Shown here piece by piece: positions 47,165 through 61,228 of a DNA stretch of 64,000 nucleotides (within the stretch, counting starts at the first letter, position 1; every line of letters begins with the position of its first letter). Under the pieces are notes generated by a model. The model was not told where the DNA came from. It saw only the letters and a list, made by a program, of their open reading frames with translations, and searched no databases. The position numbers and the translations under genes are program-made. This DNA is from the human T2T-CHM13v2.0 reference genome, Homo sapiens. Location: NCBI RefSeq assembly GCF_009914755.1, contig NC_060933.1, one strand, 5' to 3'.

Positions 47165-48358
47165 TCACTCGAAGGTCTCCCACTGCTTCCTGAGCTGCTC
47201 CACCGAGTCTGGGGCCGGGGCCAGGGCCGGACTCGGGCTCACGTCTTGCTTGGTTTTCTGTAACAAATCCTCAAAGGGGTCTCTGGCCTGTTGAGGAGCA
47301 GAGGGCTGCAGTGTTGGCTCCAGGCCTTGAGGGGGCCTGGGAGGCAGAAGCGGGGGGTCTCCAGGCCTCAGGGCCAGCCCCTGCTTGGTCTCAGCAGCCC
47401 TGGCACTTGAGCGGGCCAGGGGCAACGTTCGGATCCTCGACGGGGCAACTGCTGGGGGACCCAGCGGCTGTAGGGGGCTCGTGTGGGTGCCCATGGGCAT
47501 CTGGCCAAAGAGGTTGGGCATGGAGAGGGCGGAGAGGTTGGGCTGAGACCTGTGAGGGGCACAGAAGCCAGCACTGGACAGCAGGAGGCCGGACGCAAAA
47601 GCCGGCCCCAGGGAAGCTGGAGGGGCCCCGAAAGGCCCGGCTGGTGTGGAGACCAGGGGCAGGGTGGGTGGGGCTGCTGGCATGGATGGGACAAAGGGGT
47701 TGAGTGGTGGCTGTGGGAATGGGGTGGGTGTCCCTGCAGGGGGGAAGCTGAATTGGGGGGTGAATGGGGTGGCTACATTCGGGGTGGCGGGGCGTGACGG
47801 GAGGGTGCTGCCTGACCAGGCTGTGCTGAGCGGGTCCAGGAGGGCGAGCAGGGCGTCACTGCTCGTGCCTGCAGCCCCGGGGCCAGGGCTGAGCGGCTGG
47901 AGCAGTTCAGTGGGGCCTTGGGGGACAACACCAGGCAGGAGCCCTGGACTCAGGGCAGCTCGCCTGTCCCGATCCGTCTGCAGCCGCTCTGAGACGTCAC
48001 CAAGTGCGGCGCCGGCAGCCTGGAGCTTGGCCGGGCGGGGAATGGGCGGTGGAGGCACGATGCCCAGCTCTGGGGTCTTCCTGCCTTGGGGCCGGGGGAT
48101 GGTGATGCTGCCCAGAGTAGGGGTGGGCACCTCCTCCTTGTCACTGGGGTTCAGGATGCTGTCCCGGTTCTGGGGCCTTCGAGGCAGGGCCAGGGAGTTC
48201 CCGAGCAGGGCCGAGGGCTTCTCAGGGGAGGCAGCTGGGGGCTTGCTGGGGATGGCCATGTCGTCCTGGCCCAGGCTCCAGAGCTTGTTGTACGGGTGGG
48301 TAAGCTTCAAGGCCACTGTCACCCCGCGGCTCCTCTCACTCCCGCCCAGATCCAGCCT
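47165..48358 (-). CDS. DENND1A: DENND1A last coding exon (Pro-rich tail; NPF, DPF and terminal WETFE motifs)
   Basis: acceptor cccaacag|AGGCTG on minus strand; 1194 nt to TGA; ...DPFEDLL...QWETFE* typical of connecdenn-1. Confidence 0.95.
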   Translation of the reverse strand, partial: RLDLGGSERSRGVTVALKLTHPYNKLWSLGQDDMAIPSKPPAASPEKPSALLGNSLALPRRPQNRDSILNPSDKEEVPTPTLGSITIPRPQGRKTPELGIVPPPPIPRPAKLQAAGAALGDVSERLQTDRDRRAALSPGLLPGVVPQGPTELLQPLSPGPGAAGTSSDALLALLDPLSTAWSGSTLPSRPATPNVATPFTPQFSFPPAGTPTPFPQPPLNPFVPSMPAAPPTLPLVSTPAGPFGAPPASLGPAFASGLLLSSAGFCAPHRSQPNLSALSMPNLFGQMPMGTHTSPLQPLGPPAVAPSRIRTLPLARSSARAAETKQGLALRPGDPPLLPPRPPQGLEPTLQPSAPQQARDPFEDLLQKTKQDVSPSPALAPAPDSVEQLRKQWETFE

Positions 48359-49387
48359 CTGTTGGGAGGGAAGGAGGGCGGCAGTGACCACGGGCTGAGT
48401 TGGGACATATGTGTGCCCATTCCCACACCACTTCTGTGTGCTGAATGTGTGCTGGGCCTAGTTGTGTGGCTGATCAGCTCCTCGGACTTGGAACAGCTGA
48501 GGGCTCCCCCAGGTTACCAGCAGAGGACCCACGTGTGCTGGGACTCCAAGCCTGTGCTCCGGGAACTCAAGACAAAGCTCTCGTCCCTTTATGCCAGTGG
48601 CGGTTGCCAAGGAGTTTTAGGAAAGTGACTCCAGCTACCGGCTGGCCCTTTTTACTTTTTAGATCGCAGGCACCCGCAATCACCTGTAAGCCCGGGGGCG
48701 CGAGTGAGACTCAGGGCCTGGTAGGAGGCACCTTGGCTGGGGAGGAAGGAGGAGGCCAAGTTGGAGTCCTGGCTCTGCCACTTGCAAGCCACACGGCCCG
48801 GGTGCCAGTCCCTTTCTCCTGGCCCAGGTCCTCGTTCCCAGCAGGGAACACTCATGAATGACTGGAGCTCTGTGAACCCCACGGTGTGACCCAGTGATGC
48901 AAAGTCAGAAGACCCCACTTGCAAGTGAGGAAACTGAGGCACCGAGCGGGGATGTGATGGATTAGACGTCACAGTGGGAATTACACACTGATTTGCATTC
49001 ATAATGCAGAGCCAAGAACTTGCATCCACAGGCTCTGCCAAGGAGCCCTGGCAGGGATGGACGCAATCCCGGTTCCAGCAGGGGCTGCAGCCCTGCCTGG
49101 GGGTGCGAGGAGAGTGGCTGGCAGCACCCGCCCCCCCGTCTGATGCACACACAGAGTGGGGCAAGTTTCCATCGGGCTCTAGCATCTTCTCCTACCGTCA
49201 CTGTTAGGGTGGTGTGGGCCCCGGCACCCTGGGAGGTGTTTACAGTCACACTGACCCTGAGCATTGGCTGAGGGTCTTGGAAAGTCACTGTTTCTCCCTT
49301 AGTCTCTTCCACTGTCACATGGGGATCCCACCTCGTGTGCGGACAGTGCCGGCCCCCGGCAGATACCCTCCCTTGCCCATGCCATAC

Positions 49388-49646
49388 CTGATAGTCAAAG
49401 GTCCCTGGCTGCTCCCTCAGGTCTTTGGGGGCACGAAGGTCCTCTAAGCTCTTGGCCTGGCCCAGTGGCTGCAGTGCGGCCTCCATGTCCAGGTTGCTGA
49501 AGACGTCTTCCAGAAGGTCGATGCTGGCAGCCCGGTCAGGGGGAGCTGGGACAGGGCCTGTGGACTTCCGCACTTGCTGCTCTGGACTCTCTGCCTCGTC
49601 GCCTTCCGCGCTGTCTGACTCCCTGAGTGTCCGATACGGCTGCGGC
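49388..49646 (-). CDS. DENND1A: DENND1A penultimate coding exon (PQPYRTLRESDS...SIDLLEDVF...GTFDYQ)
   Basis: cccacag acceptor, CAG|GTATGG donor; 259 nt; phase 0 join to last exon; DLL clathrin-binding-type motif. Confidence 0.94.
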
Positions 49647-50398
49647 CTGTGGGGGACAGAGCAGGCTGCACTCTCCCACCCAGGCCTTCAGGGGAGGAGC
49701 AAGCGGACTCCAGCCCAAGCACATTGAGGGCTTGAGGGGTGCACGCAGGGGCCTGCGGGACAGGAGAGTGTCCCGGGGTCTCCGTGAGGGCAGGAGTCTG
49801 GGAGGCTGCGAGGGTGCAAGCTGGGCATGCCGATGGGCCTGGGGCTGTGAACCAGGGCAACTCGCTTTGGCTCTCACTTGCACTCAGGGGACCCATTTAG
49901 TGCCCCCCAAACTACAGGTCCTTTCATAAAACTGGCTACTGGGCTTGTGAGCCATTCAGACAAGGTGTGAGGAACAGACAGGACTGGAAGGGGGCTCACA
50001 GGCCAGCAGTCATGCTCCTCTTGCTCCCGCCCTGCTCTGCTGTTTGTTTGGTGGCCTAGGCACAGCCACAGTCAGGTTCTGTGAACAGCCCATGGGGAAC
50101 TGGGCTGGGGAAGCTCTCCAGGGGAGCTGTCTGGGCCTAAGCTTGCCCTGCTAACCTTGGTTCCACCTCTGGTCATGCTATTTCTTGCTGTGGGACCTTT
50201 GGCAGGTCACTTAACTCTCTGAGCCTCAGGTGCTCAGGTGGTGGTGGTGGTTACATGAGCAAATGCGGTGCCCGGCACACAGCAGACACGCACGGGTTGG
50301 TTACAGCATCCATCGCCCACCAGTGAGCACGGCTGTCACACAGGCTCTTCTGCTAGCAGCTTTCTGTACTTTTACACATTCAAAACCTTGCAGTCATT

Positions 50399-50728
50399 GG
50401 CTGGGCACGGTGGCTCACGCCTGTAATCCCAGCACTTTGGGAGGCCGAGGCGGGCGGATCACTTGAGTTCAGGAGTTCGAGACCAGCCTGACCAACATGG
50501 TGAAACCCTGTCTCTATTAAAAACACAAAAATTTGCGGGGTGTGGTGGTGCGTGCCTGTAGTCTCAGCTACTCGGGTGGCTGAGGCATGGGAATTGCTTG
50601 AACCTGGGAGGTGGAGGTTGCAGTGAGCCAAGATCACAACACTGCACTCCAGCCTAGGCGACAGAGCGAGACCCTGTCTCAAAACAAAAAAGCAAAAAAC
50701 AAAACAAAACAAAAAAACAAACAAAAAA
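50399..50728 (+). mobile_element. Alu (S-like)
   Basis: Alu consensus. Confidence 0.92.
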
Positions 50729-50892
50729 CCCCACACCACTACTTTGCAGCTGATCCAAGTATAGTTAACAAAGGGTTCCACTTGCCTTCCCTTCCCATGG
50801 ACCTGAGTCCCAGGGCACCACTGGGTAGATGGAGAGGCAGCGCCTGGGTCAACCCTTACCTCTAGTGGAGCCCCAGTGGGAAGTGCATCTAG

Positions 50893-51195
<303 letters not shown>

Positions 51196-52100
51196 ACATC
51201 TCACCTCTTCTAACCCCAAGTCTGGGGCTGGTGGTGGCCCTACGTCAGGCGGAGATGGTGCCCGTGGCACTGGTAAAGTGGGGGAAGGGCACCACCTGGC
51301 GGTCAAGGGTAGGATCACAGTGAAGGCACCAGGGTGGGGGACATGGGAGGGCTCATCAAACAGTCCCAGTGATGGGCAGGGACTCCATCATGTACTCTCT
51401 CGCTGAAGCAATGCAAGCAGGCCAGGAAGTCGGACTTACACCCCCACCTTATGGATGAGGAATGAAGCTCAGAGATGTTAAATAACTCACCTATGTCACA
51501 CAGCACCCGCAAGAGGTGGAAATGGAAGCCAAGCTTGAGAGGCTTCAAACGTCCCTCACTCACCCTGACCAAGGAATTAGAGACCCTTTAATAAAGATGA
51601 GCACAATGAAAGGGTTAAAGTCAGTCAGTGTGCTTCTGGAACTTCAGGAAATAGTGTTCTTTTGAGCCCATTTTGAGTTAGGATGGGCTAGTTTCTTTTC
51701 AAACACACACACAAAGGCCTGTACTGACTTCTAAGGTCATGGGCTAAGGAAGCGAGCCCTCGCCGTTATTTAAATAATTAAGGCGCCAGTTAGTTCAGAG
51801 ACGATATGATGGAGCTGGGCCTTGGACATGACCTGGTGGACTCCTGGCTGGGAGCAGGGTGCCTTTTCCCAAAAGGTGTTTTAAATTGACACATAGATGA
51901 ACATTTCTTATGCTAAAGGTTCTCTTTTTGTTCTAATTAGCAACAGAAATAATAACTAATACATTACGCCTATGACATCATAGATATTATTGCTTAGGAG
52001 AAGGCTAATTTTAAAATCTTTTGAAAAAAAATCGAAACAAAGATTTGACATACAGCAAAAGTGACGTGTGATGCTTGGATGACACCAGCTTAGGCCACTA

Positions 52101-52476
<376 letters not shown>

Positions 52477-53464
52477 TGACCTGCTGGCAGGAAAGGATCA
52501 GGACCCTCTGACCCTGTGGGGTCAATGACAGAGGGCCAAGCAGCCTGGGGTTTATAAGGTCCCCAGAGGAACCCACAGGCCATCCCAGGGGGAGGGACCT
52601 GATGCTGGGGTTTGGGAACAGGGAGAGGGTGCAGGGGACATGAGGGAGAGGGAGGGAAAGGCATCTCTCTTCTGTGCAATGACCAAAACGATTAACGTGC
52701 CCCCTGGAAGGTTGCTGTGGGCACCACGGGCATCCCGCAAAGGGCAGTTTCCATTCCCTTAAAGGCTCCCATTAAAAACACATAACCGTGTTAACAAGGG
52801 CAGACAGACAAAAGCTGTCTCTCTGCTCAATGCCAGCTCTGAAACACTTGTGGGTGGAGGGGCAAGAACGGGTAAAGGAAGGAGGGCGACAGCAGCTTAA
52901 TCTTAGGGGTGGCTGGATGGTGGGTGAAACTTTTAAAAATCGCTACTTGTAATTGGTATGAGGCTTAGGCTATAAATAATAATGATTAAATTATCTTTAA
53001 AAAGTCAGGCAGATCAGAACACTTGGATAGGCTGGCATTTAATATACACATTTCATATGAGGAACGTTTTCTTTTTTAACTTAAACTCTGATTCCCATCT
53101 CCATGGCTTTCCAAGATGTGCTGAGATAAAGAAGGACTTGGAGATCAACAACCAGGCTAATTGTAGTCACCAGTTCCACTAGCAATCAAGCACATTTCAT
53201 CTCTAAGGGGACCAATGCTCGCGTATCACCCTGTCACCTCTCTATTGTCACAGCCTCTGTGGAGCTGGCAAAACGGATGCCCTGAGAGGTGGCACGCAGA
53301 GGTGGTGTCCACCCTGCATGTTGGCACTGGGGCACCGGCAGGCAGCAGCTCCAGACACCCTCCCCCCGACACAAAGGCAAGCAGCACCAGCCCCCCGCTT
53401 TCGCCATGCAGCCCCGCAGAGTCACCAAGCCGAGCTCAGGGAAATGGAAGAAGGAAGGAGAGAC

Positions 53465-53593
53465 CATTCAAAGGGAGCGGAGAAGAAAAAGCTCTCGGTG
53501 AAGCCAGAGCTCGGGCCCTCTTCCCGCTGGCATTCATCATCAGAGGAGTCTTCGGAGAGGAAGACCGCATAGTGTCGCAAGGGCTTTACCAGG
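53465..53593 (-). CDS. DENND1A: DENND1A frame-preserving exon (LVKPLRHYAVFLSEDSSDDECQREEGPSSGFTESFFFSAPFEW), probably a cassette
   Basis: long pyrimidine tract plus cag acceptor; 129 nt, phase 2-2, in frame with the next exon; donor TG|GTCTCT is weak, so the 3' boundary is less certain. Confidence 0.75.
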
Positions 53594-53789
53594 CTGGGGC
53601 AGAGGAAGACAAAAGAGAAGAGAACAGGCAGTTAGGGGCGCCCTCAGAACTTCACGTGCAGGCGGGAAGCAGGCCTCTGGGCTCCACGCCTGGCCCTGCC
53701 TCTGTGTGCCAGCCTGGGGTGGGGGCTCTCAGGAGAGGAAGCTCGTTCCAGATAGAAAAGAAACTAAATTTGCCACGTGTCCAGAGCCT

Positions 53790-54235
53790 TAAACTCATGA
53801 TCCATCACATAGGACCTAGTAATTCCACTTCCATTTGGTTAACCCTCAAAGTTGGCAAAGAATCACACTGGAAGATTGTCATCACTGCTGTTTATAATAT
53901 TAAAACATGGAACAACCTACACTGTCAGCAACAACTAGCTGGTGCAGTGGCTGAATCTTGTCCTCCCATGAAACGTAATGTTTATGAAGACAAATTTAAA
54001 GATCAGGATGCAGAACTGCAATCACACCACATTCGCTGTCATCTGCTTATGGAAAAATTCATAGAAAAAAGACTGGAAAGGTTCATGGCTAAACGTCAAT
54101 AACAGCCAGTGGAATCATGGGTGATTTCTTTCCCCTCTGCTGCTTTTTATTTTTCTGTGTCTTATACATTTTCTACAATGAGCATATCTATTCCAATAAG
54201 CAGGAAGAAATAAAAAATAAAAAAGTTCAAGAAAA
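53790..54235 (+). mobile_element. Old L1 (L1M-type) 3' end remnant
   Basis: gacctagtaattccactt, tgtttataata..aaaacatggaacaacct, ttttctacaatgagcat..aaataaaaa. Confidence 0.6.
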
Positions 54236-57200
54236 AAGTGAGCCGTGCGGAAGAGCTCTCGCGAGAAGGCCCTTTTCTGATTAGCAGCTGCTCTCTGGAG
54301 CTTCCCTCAGATGCCTCTTCAGAGAGTCTTTTTCATCTGTGATGTGGAAATTAAATATTCATTGTTATAAAAAATGCATCTCCCTTGTCAGCCACCTGTG
54401 AGCTCTACCTCTATAAACACCAACACATACACAGCCTGGAGAAACTCCACGCCCGGCTCCCATGAATTATATACTGACCAGGGCCCACCAGAGGCCATGT
54501 GCTCAGCAGGGGCGAGCTGGACCAGGCAGATCTGGGTTCAAATCCCGGCCCTTGTGCTGGGGAGTAGGTGTCTCTGTGCACCCCACCAAGAGGCACTTTG
54601 AGCCTGCTTGGTGTGAGCAGACCCGGGGTGTTCCACACCCCTGCCCCATTCTGTGGGCTGGCTTGCTCTGAGGCGAGTGAAGTCTGGGGAGAATGTGGGG
54701 CACGGGGGCTGGCATGGGCTACCTCCTCTCCCCTCACCCCCCAGCCCCCAGCTAAAGCCGTCTCCCTTCTCTGCTCTGTATGCTAGAATTCTTTTGAGGG
54801 TTTATTTCAGGAAAGGGCAACGTGTCCAAAAAAAGGACATGAGAACCACAGCTGGAGGGTGAGTGAGAGACAGTGGCTGCGCAGGGGGACGGGGCAGGTG
54901 GCCTGTGCCTGCACTTTGCTGCAATCCGCCAGGGCTGGTGCCCATCCCAGCACTTGCACATCAGAACGCTCACTTCCTCCCAGAGGCTGGCCAGGCAAAG
55001 AGTTTTGTCCTCGAACTGCAGTGGAGGTTGAGGCTCAGGAGGGGAAGCCAGTAGCCCAGGGTTACACAACAGGAGGCAGCGAGTCCCAGTGCTGGGCTTT
55101 TCTCTGCTCCCAGGCTGCCTTGCTGGCTGTCGGGGCAAGACACAACTCAGCCCTTCCTGGACTCGAGGGGGCTCTGGTCCAGGGGGCATTTTCCCGCCTC
55201 AGTGGACAGGTCAGGAAGACCTGACTTGCAGGAATCTCGGGGCCAGGGCACCACCTGGCTCCTGCCACTTCCACAGCAAAGAAGACAGAGCAGAAAGGCT
55301 ACCCTCCATACAGCCACCAGAGTCTCTTTCAATCACAAACCCACACTTGTCACTCTCCTGCTAAAACCTATAAATCTGCCATTCTGAATTGTGATCTTGC
55401 TGCAGTTGGTGGTATGGTGAGTAAATAAATCTGTGGAGCAAAGGGTTAGGAATAATAATGTTCAGACATTTGCAGGGACTTGTTTCAAAGTGAGGGGGAG
55501 CCCACTCTCACTCTGCAGCACTGACTGCTCTCCTGAGCAGGTGAGGGGCAGAGGGTGCGCAGGCCGTGGGCTTCTGCTGCACTCTGGGGAGCTCGTGGGA
55601 TGCACTGCTGAGCGGCCGTGCCGAGCTCCGAGCAGGGCAGTCTCCATGCTGTGTGTTGGCTCTACCTACCTCTGTGGCCCTCTCCTGGCCTCCCCTGCGG
55701 CCATGCTTACCATCTTTGACCACACTGGGCCCTGGATATTCCCCCTCCCTGTCACCTTTGCTTGGAGCACTGACTGCTCTGCCGTCTTGAAGACTCAGCT
55801 CAGCGGGACTTCTACGAAGCCCACTGGAGGCTAGGAGAGCTCCCTGGCTGTGCCTCTTCGCACTTCATAGATACCATTTAACCTCTTGTCACTCTGTTTC
55901 TGAGTCAAGTTCCTCAAGGGCAGGGCCTGCCTTGTTCTTCTCTTTCTCCCCAGCTGGGGTACAGCATGAATGCTGTGGAAGTTTGCGAATGAATGAAAGC
56001 CAGCCTGCTGGGGGAACCCCCACTTTACCATCTTCCTGGAGCTGCACCACACTGTCCCCTTTCCCCAGACTGTGGCTGTGGTACAAAAGTGCTCCCCCTC
56101 TGGGCTCCCATCTGTTCTGAGATGCTAAGATGTGAAGAATGGGACGATGTTTGAAGGTGAGGGTGTCAGGTAGGTAGGGGCAGGCAGAAAGTGTTTAAAA
56201 TGATATCAACAAGCAGGTACCGTGCTTTATAGAGGCCACTTCTACCCCTCACAAGAGCCTAACAAGAAGGTGTCGCAATACTGATTTTCTAGAGGGTGAG
56301 GGCTTCATGAGTCCACCCATCCATCTGTCCATCTGTGCACCCAACCAAGAGGCGCTTTGAGCCTACCTGGTGTGAGCAGACCCAGGCTAGCTGTGCACTG
56401 GGGCATCACTGGTGAAGAGGTGACCACGTGGCCAAGAAGTGGAGAACAGGGACTGCAGCCCGGATGGTCCACCCCCAGGGGCCTCACCCTCTCCTGTGAG
56501 CGGGGCTCGGAGTAGATGCACACGAGGGGACACCAGCCCCGGCTCGGGCCAAATGGAGGGAGGCTCTCCAGTCGCCCTCACGTCCACCTTGGTTGCCTTT
56601 CCGACACCTATCCAAGCACGGGCCCCCACCTCTGGCTCTGACAAGAGAGCACAGATCACAGCTTGACACGTTGGTGCAACGCCACTGAACCTGCCAGGAA
56701 TTTCCGGCTTCACCCAGGAGCGAGGAACCTCTGCGCTGGGCTGTGCCCTGGCTTTGCTAAATCCAGCTGCCGCAGTTCAGGCCACTGTCACAATCCAGCG
56801 CTGCCCACACTGCTGTGATGGTGGAGGGGGCTGGGGGCTTCCACACTGGTGTGACTGTGGTGGGCGGGGGAAGAGAGGGAACCGCAGTTTCCAGTTCAGG
56901 AGCCACTTTCCTTCTCCAGTTGGATGTACTGGCTGAGCCAGGCTGGTTGGGCAGTGATTTCCACAGGAGGCCTAGCTGTCTCCAGAATACACCACCTGTC
57001 TCTTGAAAGTGGCAGGGTACATCCAGGTGAGAAGTTTGTCATCTGATGTGGTCAGATCAGAGCTTTGTCGAGTCCAGGCCACATGGATGGCGATACTTAC
57101 AAGCCTTGGGCGAAATGCTGTCCATACAATTTCTCATGAATTCTTTACTGCAACCCCATTTTGCAGACAAAGTAGCCAAGGCTCAGAGAGGGGGAGTCAC

Positions 57201-58396
57201 TTGCCCAGGGTCACACAGCAGCTAAAGGTAGAGCTAGGAACTGAATGTGGATTTGCCAACTTTCAACCACTACGGGATCTTGCCTCTTCAGTTTTCTGGG
57301 TCAGAAACAACGAAATAAGAGATAGGGTGTTTCCTCTTTTACTTTTAATGAAAGGTGAGGTTTCAAAATAAACTTACTTAAATTCAGCTACCCATGTTCT
57401 CCCATGAAACATACAGTCAGATATTTGTCAGAGATAAAGGATGAACCATCGAAAACGTCCAGGCTTAAACTTTTTATTAGCTTAAGGCAGAATATGAAAA
57501 AAAAAAAAAAAAAAAAAGCACCTTTTCCCTCATTAACCCAATTCAGCTACTCCCCTGCGGTCTGCCACCCACCACTTGCCTGGATTTTATTACACACAAA
57601 GAGCTGTCTGTGAAAAGGCAGGTTGCGGCAAACTTGGCTGCCCAGCGAGGGCTGCCAGAGTCTTGGTGCAGAAGAAAGGCTGGCCGTCCGTCATGGATCA
57701 GACCCCATCATCCCCCACGGCTGCTCCCGCCTCTGCCCACCTTGTCTCCGCGTGGAGTTCCCATGCAGATGACTTCCCGAACCCCTTCTAATGTTTGGTT
57801 TAACGTGTCGCCGGTTAGCGCGCGCGTGTGACAGTGGTGACAGGCGAGGCTGTTCCTTTTTAAATACCATGTCAGAGACACGGCGTCAGGAAGCAGGGAC
57901 GTGCTCCATGCTCTCTGCCGCGCCGGGATCGCACCGGCTTATTTTTTAATGAGGAAGATCTGCATCTCGGGAGTTTTTTTTATGTGTCACATCGCGTGGA
58001 CAAATCAGCAGCACGTCACGCTGGCCCAAAATGAAATGCTGACAAATGTAGATATTTCAAATTTAATTGACATTTAAATGTACTTGAGATAAAGACGGGG
58101 AAAAATCAGCCAGGACTTGGTCTCCGGAGGTGGTGAAGGGGAGCTGGTGATCATTTTTGAAAGGATCACTTCACTCAGGCACAAAGGATCCTCGCTTTGT
58201 AAATGTCTTGGCTACGCTGTGTCCCTCTGTCACATGGCTCCAGTGGGCAGGTGCTGACGAGCAGGGACAGCCCCCAGGGTGAGGCTAGGTCCTGCCTGTC
58301 CGGTGGGTGCCAGTCTGTCTAACCATCCACTACCCTCCCCTTCCTAGTCAGGCTACCTTGGAAAAGTCACTTCATCTCCCTGAACCTAACTTTCTT

Positions 58397-58833
58397 GTTT
58401 AATTTTCTATTTCCATAGGTTTTTGGGGAACAGGTGGTATTCGGATACATGAGTAATTTCTTCAGCTGTGATTTGTGAGATTTTGGTGCACCCATCGCCC
58501 GAGCAGTGTACACTGAACCCAATTTGTAATCTTTTATCCCTCACCCCCTTCCTACCCTTTCCCTGCCGAGGCCCCAGAGTCCCTTATGTCATTCTTACGC
58601 CTTTGCATCCTCAAAGCTTAGTTCCCACTTATGAGTGAGAACATATGATGTTTGGTTTTCCATTCCTGAGTTACTTCACTGAGAATAAGAGTCTCCAATC
58701 CCATCCAGGTTGCTGTGGATGCCATTAATTCATTCCTTTTTATGACTGAGTAGTATTCCATCATAGATATACCACAGTTTCTTTATCCACTTGCTGATTG
58801 ATGGGCCTTTGGGCTGGTTCCACATCTTTGCAA
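58397..58833 (-). mobile_element. L1 (L1PB-like) 3' fragment inserted into a MIR
   Basis: cccacttatgagtgagaacat, gagtagtattccat; imperfect TSD aacctaactttctt/aaccttattttctt. Confidence 0.85.
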
Positions 58834-59179
58834 CCTTATTTTCTTATCTGTAAAATGGAGATTCTGTAGCCCTCCTGAGAGTCTTATGGGAAAACTTAAA
58901 TGCACGTATTCGTAAAGGGCTTTGCATGGTGCTGAGCACACAGTGACTAATCCACTACTGTCCACATGCCACATTCACCTGCCAACAAGTAGATTCTGGG
59001 CATCTGTCTCCTGTGCAGGGTCTTTCCTAGGTGTTCAAGGATGAGTAAGGCAGTCCCTGCCTTCCCAGAACTTTCCAGGCATGGTTAGTGGTCCTCAGCT
59101 GAATGTATGTCAGCACATCAGAATCATCTGGGAACCCCCGTCTCCTGCCAGAGATTCCACAGCAAAGGAATCTCTGAAG

Positions 59180-59290
59180 TTCCAGCTACTCAAGAGGCTG
59201 AGGTGGGAGGATTGCTTCAGCCCAGGAGTTCCAGGCCAGCCTGGGCAACACAGCTAGACCTCATCTTAAAAAAATAAAAAAAAAAAAAAG
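59180..59290 (+). mobile_element. Alu monomer fragment
   Basis: ccagctact..gaggctgaggtgggaggattgctt plus poly-A. Confidence 0.8.
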
Positions 59291-59585
59291 AAGGTGGCTC
59301 TGAACCAAGACTGCAGGGTCTCTGGGGGTACACAGTGGCACACGCCCCATAGAAGAAACTCTGGAATTAGACTGGAGCTGTTCTCTGTGCGACCCAGGAT
59401 AAGGGCTAGGACTGTTCTCAGGGAGGAAGCAATGGAGACAGAGGAAGCTACTGTACATAGGAACCTGTAAACTCAGTTGCAGGTGAATATCTACTTAAAA
59501 GCAACGACGATAAGAATTCTTGTTGCCACAAGTCACGATCACCAGCATGGTCTGCCTGTTCTGCCTGTCCAGTGAACTGGTTTAG

Positions 59586-60007
<422 letters not shown>

Positions 60008-61195
60008 CAGAGCTGGACTTTTAATCCTGAGCATGGGAGAGGATCATAATGACCTGGAGGCATCTCCGAGAGGGGCAGGCACAGGGAACTCCATGTCCGG
60101 GTGGGGAGTTCAAGAGAAGAGGCTGGAGGTTGGCAGGGACCAGGTCGTGGAGGGCCTGGAGCCAGCGCAAGGATGAGAGGTGACGTGCAAGTCTGGGGGT
60201 GGTGCAAGGCCTTGGGGTGGCTGCAGTCAAGCAGGAAGCATGCCTGGCTGCCCATCCCCCTCTCTTGGGTTATGCCCTTGGCTTCTTCAGCCTTTATTCG
60301 GGCATTTATTTGATTACTTCTCAGTCTGTAGGTTCACTCCTTCCTTCTTTCAACAAAAATCATGAATGCCAATTTCACACATCCATACCTGTGCCCCAGC
60401 ATGCCCGAGAAGCCCTTCCACGACCACTGGCTGGACACTCACATAGGCAGTGGCCCCAGCACAGGATGTGGGCTTCAGGCTCTGCGGTGGAGGGAAGATG
60501 GGGCTGGGAATGCCTTGGGGGCACTTTCCTCTGCAGGGAAGAGGCACTGTGCAGAACACCTGCCCCTCACCCTGAGGACAGCCTCTGCATCCTGGAGCCC
60601 AGATCTGGAGACTGAGTTCTGGGAACTGTGGGAGCAGTGGTGGGGGCAAGAAAGTAGTGGCTGTGGGACCTGGCTGCCCGGGTGCACATCCTGGACTGAG
60701 GGTACGTCATTCCACTGGCTACAGCCGTGGCTCCCTCATGGCTGAATGCCCAGGCTGCGAAGATTTTTTGGGGAGCAGGGAGCTTAGCCAAGACAACACG
60801 TGTGAAATTGCTGGGCACAAAACAGGCAGTTGAGAAATGGCGATGTGGCATCTGGAAGAGGCAGAGGGCTAGGTGGGAAGGCAAAGCCTTTCAGGGGTGA
60901 CTGAAATCAGTCATGTCTTGAGGATGAGGCCCCTGTTCCTAAAGCATCCCCAAGGCTTGGTTTCCAGTTAACTCCCTGTGGTGACAGCTCCTGGGAAAAG
61001 TCCTTCCCTCTGATTTGCCAGGCAGAAGAGGCGACAGACAAATGGGTCCCGTGTCTTCCGGGGCTGCTGCAGATCCTTGGGGGGATCCTGGGTGGGCAGA
61101 AGTGAGGTATTCTTGGCACTTCCTGCTCTTCCAGTTTAGGCTCAGGCTCCACGGCTGGCTTTAGGCTTGGTTTTGTCTCCAGGGCCCAGAATCTA

Positions 61196-61228
<33 letters not shown>

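Noticed and set aside
47646-48628. + strand ORFs opposite the DENND1A last exon
   Set aside because: Antisense shadow of Pro-rich coding sequence
53215-54102. 295-aa + strand ORF
   Set aside because: Chimera of the antisense of a DENND1A exon and an old L1 remnant; no domain or splice support
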